The notes beneath the pieces were generated by a model. That model saw only the letters and a list, made by a program, of their open reading frames with translations, had not been told where the DNA came from and ran no database searches. Made by a program: the position numbers and the translations under genes. A DNA stretch of 63,309 nucleotides, the filler included, from Sanchytrium tribonematis (lineage: Eukaryota), in NCBI GenBank assembly GCA_018985235.1. It is 20 parts of 20 records of this genome, joined end to end, with 100 filler letters (N's around TTAATTAATTAA, not from the genome) between each part and the next. Parts side by side here need not be neighbours in the genome. Positions count along the whole stretch, not along the records: positions 44,896 to 47,119 come from JADGIG010001094.1; positions 47,220 to 49,438 come from JADGIG010001095.1; positions 49,539 to 51,755 come from JADGIG010001096.1; positions 51,856 to 54,070 come from JADGIG010001097.1; 16 more parts are not named here. One strand, written 5' to 3'. This document shows positions 45,560 to 54,170 of the stretch, one piece after another. Position 1 is the first letter of the stretch; every line of letters begins with the position of its first letter.

Positions 45560-47119
45560 ATGGCCTTGGAAGCAGAATTGAATCCACTATTGAACCCTAG
45601 AGAACTACATCCACGGCAGTCGAAGTTTCTTATATTACTGCCGTTATCATTGCTCATTATTATCATTGCTGGAATCAGTTATAGTTTCTCAATAATCAAT
45701 GAAAGATTTTATTTAAATGGAGCTTGTGCCACTGATAATAAGATCTGTTCTCGGATGTGTGTTAAGATATTGAAAGATAAAGGAAACGCAGTTGACGCTG
45801 GAATTGCAGCAGCAATCTGTTTGGGAACTGTAAATTCTTTTGCCAGTGGAATTGGAGGCGGCGGTTTTGCAATAGTAGGTGGTAATACTGAGACTCCTCA
45901 ATTTTTTAATTTTAGAGAGAAAGCACCAGCTGCTTCATATCCCGAAATGTTTGTAAATAATCCTATAGAAGCTCAAATAGGAGCTAAATCTGTAGGAGTT
46001 CCTGGAGAACTTCTTGGGTTATGGAAACTACACATTAAGTATGGCGACCTTGAGTGGAAAGATTTAATTTCTCCGAGCATAAAGCTTGCTGAAAAAGGTT
46101 TTCCAGCACATGAATTACTTATCAGACGACTTAGCAGTGCTAAAGATGGAATTGTTAACGACCAGGGTCTTTCTAAAGTGTACACCAAAGTTAAAGACGG
46201 TGTCAAGATTTTAATCGAGGAAGGTGATTTGGTTTATCGACAAAATTACGCAGAAACTTTAAAAGATATTTCTAAAAATGGCATCAAAAATTTTTATTTC
46301 GGCGAGACAGCGCAGATTCTTGTTGACTTTTTGAAAAGCAACGGAGGCGTCTTAACTTTGGAAGATTTTGGAAATTTTACCGTTACGCAACATGCAACAT
46401 TGCATCTTAACTATAATGGGTACGATATTCACACATCTAATCTACCGAGTGGAGGGCCGGTACTAGGACTGATGCTGAAAATTATGGAACATTTTCAATA
46501 TCCTTCTGGAAAAGCCGAGGATATAGACTATCAAAGATTAATTGAATCAATGAAATGGGGATACGCGCAAAGGTCTTATTTTGGAGATCCCGAGTTCGTG
46601 AAGAATGCGAGCGAGATTGTAAGCAAAATCTTAGATGCGAATTTTATTGACCAGATACCACAAAAAATTAATGATTATGTAACCTTTGAACCTAAATACT
46701 GTATTCTTAATTAAATTAGATGGATCGGATTACGAAACTATAGAAGATCATGGCACAACGCACTTGTCTGTTGTAGATAAGAACGGGCTGAGTATTGCAT
46801 TAACAAGTACTATCAACTTAAATTTTGGCAGTTTTTTGATGGAGCCTAAAACCGGAATAATTTTGAATGATCAACTGGACGACTTTTCCATTCCCGGGAA
46901 AAGTAATTACTTTGGTTTAAAGCCATCAACCTCAAACTACATATACCCGGGTAAGCGTCCACAAAGCTCCACTTGCCCGGCTTTAATCTTTAAAGGAAAT
47001 GACTTGGTCTTAAGTATAGGAGGAAGCGGCGGTAGCAGAATTGGTACTGCTGTATTCCAAACAATACTAAGGGTGCTTGAGCAACACATAGGCGTTAATC
47101 ATGCAATCCAACTTCCACG
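45560..47119 (+). CDS. Gamma-glutamyltranspeptidase; exons 45560-46700 and 46720 to beyond 47119 (3'-truncated)
   Basis: GNAVDA, SGIGGGGF, FREKAP, VGVPGEL, DHGTTHLSV (catalytic Thr), LNDQLDDFS, PGKRPQSS, GGSGGSRI. Confidence 0.95.
46701..46719 (+). other. 19-nt spliceosomal intron GTATTCTTAATTAAATTAG (phase 1)
   Basis: TAC T|AT GGA gives PKYYGSDYETIEDHGTTH and fuses the GGT large- and small-subunit ORFs. Confidence 0.9.
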
Positions 47120-47493
47120 NNNNNNNNNNNNNNNNNNNNNNNNNNNNNNNNNNNNNNNNNNNNTTAATTAATTAANNNNNNNNNNNNNNNNNNNNNNNNN
47201 NNNNNNNNNNNNNNNNNNNAGTCTGTCGCTTTTTAACTCATTTCAAATTGAATCCAATTTGTTTGCAGTTCTGTGATTTGTTGGTAGACCAAAGGTGATA
47301 TTCTGTGATTGGATCTGCAAACAAAGGAAAAGACTGTGATTGGTTTTGTGTTTATTAACAGATATTTTCTAAAACAGCGTGATCACCCACCCAAATCCAA
47401 AGTTTTTATTGCAAACTGGGGCCCCATTTTGATGACCATTTTACAGCAATGTGAAAATTTGATTTTTTTGACCATTATGAAACATCCTGAAAA

Positions 47494-48606
47494 ATGAAAT
47501 GTTTGATCACATCCCTTCCAGTCTCTGAATCCTCTATTAAATCATTCAGATCGCTTAAAAAAGCTTTAAAATCAAACATTGTTGACCCAACAAGCAAAGA
47601 ATACGTTGATTTATATCTTGAATTCAAAAATCCAAATAATAATGCCAAATGCATCTCATATATCATTGAAAAATCAAATAAAACAACTCATTCTACCCAT
47701 TCTAATGAATTAGTGCTATTTCTCGTTAATCCAGTCAGTGGAAAACGACAAGGTACCAAAATCATGAAGAAAATGAAGAAATATGTCAAATTACTTAAAA
47801 TAAACCATGAAATTATTTATACCAAACATTCCAAGCATATTCAAGAAATCAATTTCTCAAAATACTCCAAAATCATTTTCATTTCTGGAGATGGTCTCAT
47901 TTTCGATTACATTCAACTCGCTGTAACCAAAAATCATTTGAATATTCCAATTGCCATTGTCAAAGGAGGTACTGGCAATGCATTAGCAACATCTGTTGAC
48001 TGTTTAGATCCATTTATCGCATTATTGACTGCTTTATATGGAAATCCTTTTAAAATGACATTGACGCATTATCAATTCAAATCTGCATCATATTATTCAT
48101 TTTTGGGTCTATTTTGGGGATTAATAGCAGATATTGATTTAAAAAGTGAAAGATTTCGATTTGCAGGTGCTTTAAGAACAGAATTGGGTGCTGTTTATTT
48201 CATGCTCAAACGCACTCAATATCACGGTAAATTGACCTATTTAAATTTAAATAATAACCAGCAAGAAACGACAGAAGTAGATGCAACTTGTTTTTTAGCC
48301 ATGACATTGCCATTTTTAGATGAGGAACATTTTGGATGTCCTGTTGCCAAATTACAAGATCCGTTTATTCATATTGTTTATAAGAATATGAAATTAAAAG
48401 ATGGATTGGTTTTATTGTTAAATGGTCGAGATTTGAAGCAATTTAATCAAATTGGCATGACGTATTTAAAAACAACTGAATTTGCACTGGAGCCATTAAA
48501 TGATGGTGTATTTGATTTGGATGGTGAACATGTGCCATGGGAACCATTTCATGCTAAAATGACTGATTTAACAGTGCCAGTCATGTGCCCACCGTGGTTT
48601 GAATAA
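47494..48606 (+). CDS. Sphingosine / long-chain-base kinase (DAGK family)
   Basis: VNPVSG, SGDG, GGTGNALA, WGLIADIDLKSE.FRF.G, DLDGE. Confidence 0.9.
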   Translation: MKCLITSLPVSESSIKSFRSLKKALKSNIVDPTSKEYVDLYLEFKNPNNNAKCISYIIEKSNKTTHSTHSNELVLFLVNPVSGKRQGTKIMKKMKKYVKLLKINHEIIYTKHSKHIQEINFSKYSKIIFISGDGLIFDYIQLAVTKNHLNIPIAIVKGGTGNALATSVDCLDPFIALLTALYGNPFKMTLTHYQFKSASYYSFLGLFWGLIADIDLKSERFRFAGALRTELGAVYFMLKRTQYHGKLTYLNLNNNQQETTEVDATCFLAMTLPFLDEEHFGCPVAKLQDPFIHIVYKNMKLKDGLVLLLNGRDLKQFNQIGMTYLKTTEFALEPLNDGVFDLDGEHVPWEPFHAKMTDLTVPVMCPPWFE

Positions 48607-48613
48607 AATCCAT

Positions 48614-49104
48614 TTATTGCTTTTTCAAACACTGCTTCATATAATACAGTTTCCAATAATTTGCATAACCACTTGGCTTTGATTTACCAGTCTTGTAATC
48701 GATAATAGTCTTTGAAGACTTTTTAAACAAATAAGACATGTTTTGTGGTCCATTTAATAAGAAATCAGCATAATAAACGTGACATGGATTGTTACAGTCG
48801 AAATCACCTTCGAAGTCATTCACGGGCTTATTGCAGTAAAGGTTTCCCACCTTGTAACAAACTTTGTCGTAAAAAATGACATTGAAATTCTTTTCTCTGA
48901 TTTCAGGAGCGCATGCAGATTGATAATCTTTGTAATCGCTTTTAACTTGAGGTTGTGTGCATATCTCTTGATCAGATGCTTCTGGTTTTATCAAAGAGTA
49001 ATCGTTTAATGAAACTGTAAAATTGCCAATTGCGTTTATGCATTTTTCTGAAATGTCATACTTGTTAGGGTTTGTTGGTAGTCTTAATGCTAGAATTGGA
49101 TCAT
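48614..49104 (-). CDS. Cys-containing hypothetical protein; 5' end apparently frameshifted
   Basis: The frame is open from about 49128 to 48614 but the nearest upstream ATG (49104) is out of frame; CATAAAG lies 30 nt upstream of that ATG. Confidence 0.5.
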
Positions 49105-49538
49105 GTGCGTTAGAAGGTCGTTTATCACTTTATGACAAATGTGATGACTTGTACCAATTAAAGTATTTCTTGCACAATTAAATTTAAAAAATTGATTTGA
49201 CCAGATGTTTGCAAGAAGATTCCTGCACGGTTGCATTTAACAGAAAATTCAATTTCACAATTTATTGAAATGTCTACAACATCAACAATCCCAACAATCC
49301 CAAAATCATTCCAGTGACACCAGAAGAAGCACATTTTTGGAAAGAAGTGCTGTTGTATCCTGATTCTGCATATTTGGCAACGGCATCCCCTTTGATAGTC
49401 AAATCTTTCAAGTATGACGTATACAAGTACTCATCACANNNNNNNNNNNNNNNNNNNNNNNNNNNNNNNNNNNNNNNNNNNNTTAATTAATTAANNNNNN
49501 NNNNNNNNNNNNNNNNNNNNNNNNNNNNNNNNNNNNNN

Positions 49539-49956
49539 GAGATATGTTGGCAAATTGGGTAATTTGTACCCTCAAGATGCTCTTCAAGCTGCATTTGTAG
49601 ATCAGATCATTCATCAAATTGCTGATATTGGTGATGGATTAGTTACATCATTCCAAGAAAAAGATGAGGTGAAGAAAATGCAAATGAGAGAGAAATTGGC
49701 AAATGAAACATGGCCATTAAAATTCAAGGCATTAGAAGCCGTATTGGTCAAATTTGGAAATGGATATGCTGTAGGAAATCAAATGAGTATTGCAGATGTA
49801 TTAATTTACACATTTACTTGGTGGATCACTTCTGGTGGGTTGGATGGTATCCCTAAAACTATTTTGGATCAATATCCCACCATCTTAAAAGTAAGATCTC
49901 AAGTACACGAACATCCTAAAGTGTCTGAATGGAATGCAAAAGTAAACAAGAAATAA
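49539..49956 (+). CDS. Glutathione S-transferase (sigma-like), tandem copy 1, 5'-truncated
   Basis: RYVGKLGNLYP...SIADV; clear paralog of 50031-50657. Confidence 0.92.
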
Positions 49957-50030
49957 ATTGGTTTCAAATTTCAAATTTGAGAATCTTCTAGACGCGTCTT
50001 ATTACCACATTCCACACATCTCCATCAAAC

Positions 50031-50657
50031 ATGTCCCCAAAGTTAAAATTAACTTATTTTGATATTCGTGGTAGAGCAGAACCCATTCGATTGGCATTAC
50101 AAGTTGCAAATATCCCATTTGAAGATCACAGAATCAAAAAGGAAGAATGGCCCACTTTAAAACCCAATATGCCATTTGGACAAGTACCCGTATTAACCAT
50201 TGATGACAAGACAGTATTAGCACAATCATTGGCTATTCTACGATATATTGGCAAATTAGGCAATTTGTATCCACAAGATCCATTACAAGCTGCATTCGTT
50301 GATCAAGTCATTGATCAAATTAAAGATATTGGAGATGGTTTAAATGCAACATTTCAAGAAAAAGATGAAGAAAAGAAGATGAAAATGAGAGAGAAATTGG
50401 CAAATGAAACATGGCCAATGAAATTTAAAGCATTAGAAGCTGTTTTAGTAAAACATGGCAATGGATATGCAGTAGGCAATCAAATCTCAATTGCAGATAT
50501 TCTACTTTACACTTTTGTATGGGCCATTACATCTGGTGTTTTAGATGGCATCCCTAAATCTCTTTTAGATGGATATCCCACCATTTTAAAAGTCAATCAA
50601 CAAGTACATGACCATCCCAAAGTAGCAGAATGGAATGCCAAAGTCAATCAGAAATAA
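50031..50657 (+). CDS. Glutathione S-transferase (sigma-like), tandem copy 2
   Basis: LTYFDIRGRAEPIRL, PFGQVPVL, AQSLAILRY. Confidence 0.95.
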   Translation: MSPKLKLTYFDIRGRAEPIRLALQVANIPFEDHRIKKEEWPTLKPNMPFGQVPVLTIDDKTVLAQSLAILRYIGKLGNLYPQDPLQAAFVDQVIDQIKDIGDGLNATFQEKDEEKKMKMREKLANETWPMKFKALEAVLVKHGNGYAVGNQISIADILLYTFVWAITSGVLDGIPKSLLDGYPTILKVNQQVHDHPKVAEWNAKVNQK

Positions 50658-50683
50658 ATAAATAAATAAATAAATAAATAAAT
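50652..50683 (+). repeat. (AAAT)8 microsatellite beginning in the last codon and stop of the GST gene
   Basis: Read directly from the sequence. Confidence 0.95.
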
Positions 50684-50686
50684 GAT

Positions 50687-51445
50687 TTATTTGCGAGTTA
50701 CTAAAATATGAGCACAATTTGGTAAAATAATGGGTGTTTGATCACCTACATATTCAAATACTTTTAATTTTAATGCATTTAAATCAGATTCACTCATTTT
50801 TGATAATGGAATAGTCAAGTTTGGAGAAGTTTGTTTAAAAAATTGCCATAATGCCTCATGATTCTTAAATACTATACTGTGCCATGATTCATAAATTTGA
50901 GTATCCTTGAATCCAGCTTGTTCTACATCTTTAATAAAATTGTCTTTAATGCCCAAATCTACAAAATTAGATTGCAAATCACGTGGCATTTCTGAGAATA
51001 TCATTTTCATCAATCCACTCATTGATTTCATAGTAGTGGTGGCCCATGAGGTTGTAATCAAATATCCACCTGGTTTTAAGACTCTATAAGCTGATGAATA
51101 CCCATTTAATCGATTATCAAATAGAAATAATCCAAACATGGAATAAATGGTGTCAAATTCATGATCCATTAATCCATCTAGTGTCATACCATCCATGACC
51201 ATGCATTTAAATGGATAACGTTGTTTGTAAATATCTACCATGGTTTGGGAGTAATCTATGGCTAATAAATCACATTCTAAATTTGCATTTATGATGGATT
51301 TTGCCAATGCACCTGTTCCACAAGCTATATCTAATGTTTTACCAGTTGGAGGATGTATTTCAATGGCATCTGATGCATATAATGTGGTGTGATGGGTGAA
51401 ATTGTAGTCGTATGTGTATGCTTGTGAATCCCAATCTTTGCTCAT
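50687..51445 (-). CDS. Class I SAM-dependent methyltransferase
   Basis: LDIACGTG, AIDYS..M, FD...SMFGL, RVLKPGG. Confidence 0.92.
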   Translation of the reverse strand: MSKDWDSQAYTYDYNFTHHTTLYASDAIEIHPPTGKTLDIACGTGALAKSIINANLECDLLAIDYSQTMVDIYKQRYPFKCMVMDGMTLDGLMDHEFDTIYSMFGLFLFDNRLNGYSSAYRVLKPGGYLITTSWATTTMKSMSGLMKMIFSEMPRDLQSNFVDLGIKDNFIKDVEQAGFKDTQIYESWHSIVFKNHEALWQFFKQTSPNLTIPLSKMSESDLNALKLKVFEYVGDQTPIILPNCAHILVTRK

Positions 51446-51607
51446 TTTTAAAATGTGTATCAAAAAATATTGAAAGTAGAATTATTTAGCAAATCAATGG
51501 CACATTGGAATATACCATTGACGCGAATATTGAAATCAATTCATGACGACCAATCAAATCATCTGAATAAAAGCCATTTCTTGTTTAAAAATCTCATGAA
51601 CCCTTGA

Positions 51608-51755
51608 ATGCCAATGTTGATCATTTCATTACTTCATGGTATTTCAATAGATTGCCCAGATATTATTAATTTGGCAATTGGATTGAATATGAGTATGATT
51701 AAACCTGTTAAATTTGCAGCAATTGTTTCAGATTGTTGTGGACTCAATACTGGTA
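51608..51755 (+). CDS. N-terminus of a secreted LRR-family protein, truncated
   Basis: MLIISLLHG-ISIDCPDIINLAIGLNM...SDCC cap matches the other LRR genes. Confidence 0.75.
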
Positions 51756-51910
51756 NNNNNNNNNNNNNNNNNNNNNNNNNNNNNNNNNNNNNNNNNNNNT
51801 TAATTAATTAANNNNNNNNNNNNNNNNNNNNNNNNNNNNNNNNNNNNNNNNNNNNGTAGCGATATTTTTTTGTATTCGTTTCCATATCACTCTCCTCGAA
51901 TCTCCTGCAA

Positions 51911-52525
51911 ATGTGGTCGCCAATCGAGTCGGACCCTGAAATTTTGTTTAATTATTGCAAGGCAATTAATGGTGCGGATGTTCCTTTTTCTATTCATGAA
52001 GTCGTTGGGATAGAATCAGATTGTTTGTCTAATTTACCATGTAGAATAGTAGCAATATTAGCAGTACTTCCTATTAATAGAAATGAAATGATACCAAGGA
52101 AATATTTTGAAGAGACTTGTTTCTTCTTAAAACAGACCGTTCCCAATTCCTGTGGAACCATAGCACTTATTCATATCTTAGCCAATCTATTTTTAGCTAA
52201 TGGACCATTGCAGCAATTTGTGGAGCGAGTCTATGACAAATCCCCCTTTGAGAAAGCTTTGGCATTTGAGAAATGGAGCTTTATTGAAGAGGCTCATAGA
52301 AAAGCCGCCCAAAAGGGGTCAATTATGGGTGACCAAATGACGAATCTACACTACGTTGCGATGATCAATTTAAATGGTAATCTGGTAGAATTGGATGGCA
52401 GATTAGATGGGCCAATCGTTCATGGGAAATGTGAAAATTTGCTCCTTGACTCCATCAACGTTTTTCAATGCAAATATCTTCCAACTAATTCAATTGAAAT
52501 GTCCTTACTGACATTTTGTATTTGA
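51911..52525 (+). CDS. YUH1: Ubiquitin C-terminal hydrolase (UCH-L1/L3, peptidase C12)
   Basis: W.PIESDPE, KQTVPNSCGTIALIH, LHYVA, ELDGR. Confidence 0.92.
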   Translation: MWSPIESDPEILFNYCKAINGADVPFSIHEVVGIESDCLSNLPCRIVAILAVLPINRNEMIPRKYFEETCFFLKQTVPNSCGTIALIHILANLFLANGPLQQFVERVYDKSPFEKALAFEKWSFIEEAHRKAAQKGSIMGDQMTNLHYVAMINLNGNLVELDGRLDGPIVHGKCENLLLDSINVFQCKYLPTNSIEMSLLTFCI

Positions 52526-52539
52526 ATAACTTTAATTTT

Positions 52540-52908
52540 TTATTTAAGTCTTGTTGCGAACAGCGCAATTGCTATACAGAAAGCACTTACTATGACAATT
52601 TTAATTGTAAAAATAGAATTTGTGCCGGAGGTTACTCCAATAAATCCCCATCTGTCATACAATTGCTCTTCTATCTTTGTAACAGCTATCTGTATAGCAA
52701 AGGATAAATTAAACAAAAAGTAAAGCGCACTCAAAATTCGGATCGTCTTGAGGTCTTTTGAATGAATATTGTCGCCAAATTGAATCAGACTGGTCACTAC
52801 ATAAAAGCTTAATGTAAATCCAACTGCACTCCAAATGTAATTTCCAAATGCAAATCCAATTGCATCAAGTATGCCTCCCACAAAACAAATTATAGAAATT
52901 GGTTTCAT
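52540..52908 (-). CDS. Small multi-pass membrane protein
   Basis: 122 aa with about four hydrophobic segments; TATAAGAA 30 nt upstream. Confidence 0.65.
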   Translation of the reverse strand: MKPISIICFVGGILDAIGFAFGNYIWSAVGFTLSFYVVTSLIQFGDNIHSKDLKTIRILSALYFLFNLSFAIQIAVTKIEEQLYDRWGFIGVTSGTNSIFTIKIVIVSAFCIAIALFATRLK

Positions 52909-53015
52909 TAGGGTAAATCAGGAGGTTTCTTTCTTATAACTTTATCATTTACGCGTATATCCTGAAGATCGTACATGTATTTTACTAGAGGAAAAAAACT
53001 TAGTTAAAATTAAAA

Positions 53016-54070
53016 GTGAAACGAATGTTTTCCGGATTAGTTGATAAACTATATGAGGACACATCTACAAAAATCTCTGCATCTAAAAGCTTAATTAATA
53101 ATCTGATAAATATTGAGCAAAACATACAAAAGGCAATTTTAGACCCTGGGCTTATGAGCGCTTTATTAAGGGTAATCAGAGATGAATACAAATCTGAGCC
53201 TGATCTTTGCTATAACATATTAACCATTTTCAAAATATTTAGTCAATACTCTGGGTTGCATTTAATTTTGCTCGAAAATAGAATTGGGGATATTATTTTT
53301 AAGATTTTGTCTCAAGAAAAAGAAATTTTAGCTAATTCTAGTGATCGTAAACCTAAAATGCTTCATTCGAATACAATCGAAATTTGTCTAAAAATACTTT
53401 TGGATCTCTCAACAAATTTAAATATCGAAGTAAAAATTCTAAACAGAGACTTTATGGATTTGCTTTTATTTTTAAATTCATTCGAAGAATTCGATGGCAT
53501 AATATTAAAATGGGCATTGAAGCTTATTCCGATTGAAAATAATTATCGGATTCAAAATTTGCAAGTTGCAAGAATGCTACAAAAGAATGACGATGAAATA
53601 CTCATTGACTTAATTTTGCTTCTGAGTGGTTTGACATTAAGAGGTGGTTACAATTGTATCGATCATACAGGCGTGCTGATAGAATTATACTCAAAAAATT
53701 CCAGCAAAATTGTAGAGCCATTGAATTTGTTCTTTTATAATTCTTTAATTTTACAGCATTATACTTTGCTACAGCCATTTAAAAATCTAATAATTTCTAA
53801 GTCCTTGTCATTCCAAGTAGGAAACAAGAGTTTTCCAGGTTCAAGACTTGTTGCTATGAGTATCGAGCAATCGAATAATGAATTTTTTCAGAATAACGAT
53901 GAAATTTTGCCGGATTCTGAATTGATGGGCAATTACTTTACAAAAACCTTACAAGGTAAAAATTATCAGCAGTGGAAATTATTGGGGGAACTAAGTGTTA
54001 AAAAGAATATAGCTAATGAAGTAATTTTCATAATTCCCACCTTACTCTCAAAACTATCTCAGAGTAATGA
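53016..54070 (+). CDS. Divergent kinesin-associated protein 3 (KAP3)-like, 3'-truncated
   Basis: LYED...K, ALLRVIRDEYK...LCYNILTIF..FSQYS.LH......IG resemble the KIFAP3 N-terminal region. Confidence 0.7.
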
Positions 54071-54170
54071 NNNNNNNNNNNNNNNNNNNNNNNNNNNNNN
54101 NNNNNNNNNNNNNNTTAATTAATTAANNNNNNNNNNNNNNNNNNNNNNNNNNNNNNNNNNNNNNNNNNNN

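Noticed and set aside
52971..52988. GTACATGTATTTTACTAG (18 nt) upstream of the KAP3-like gene, and GTATTCTACAATTAG (15 nt, near 25783) upstream of the AK7-like gene, as further mini-introns
   Set aside because: I could not build an upstream ATG-containing exon that splices in frame, so they are unsupported without cDNA.
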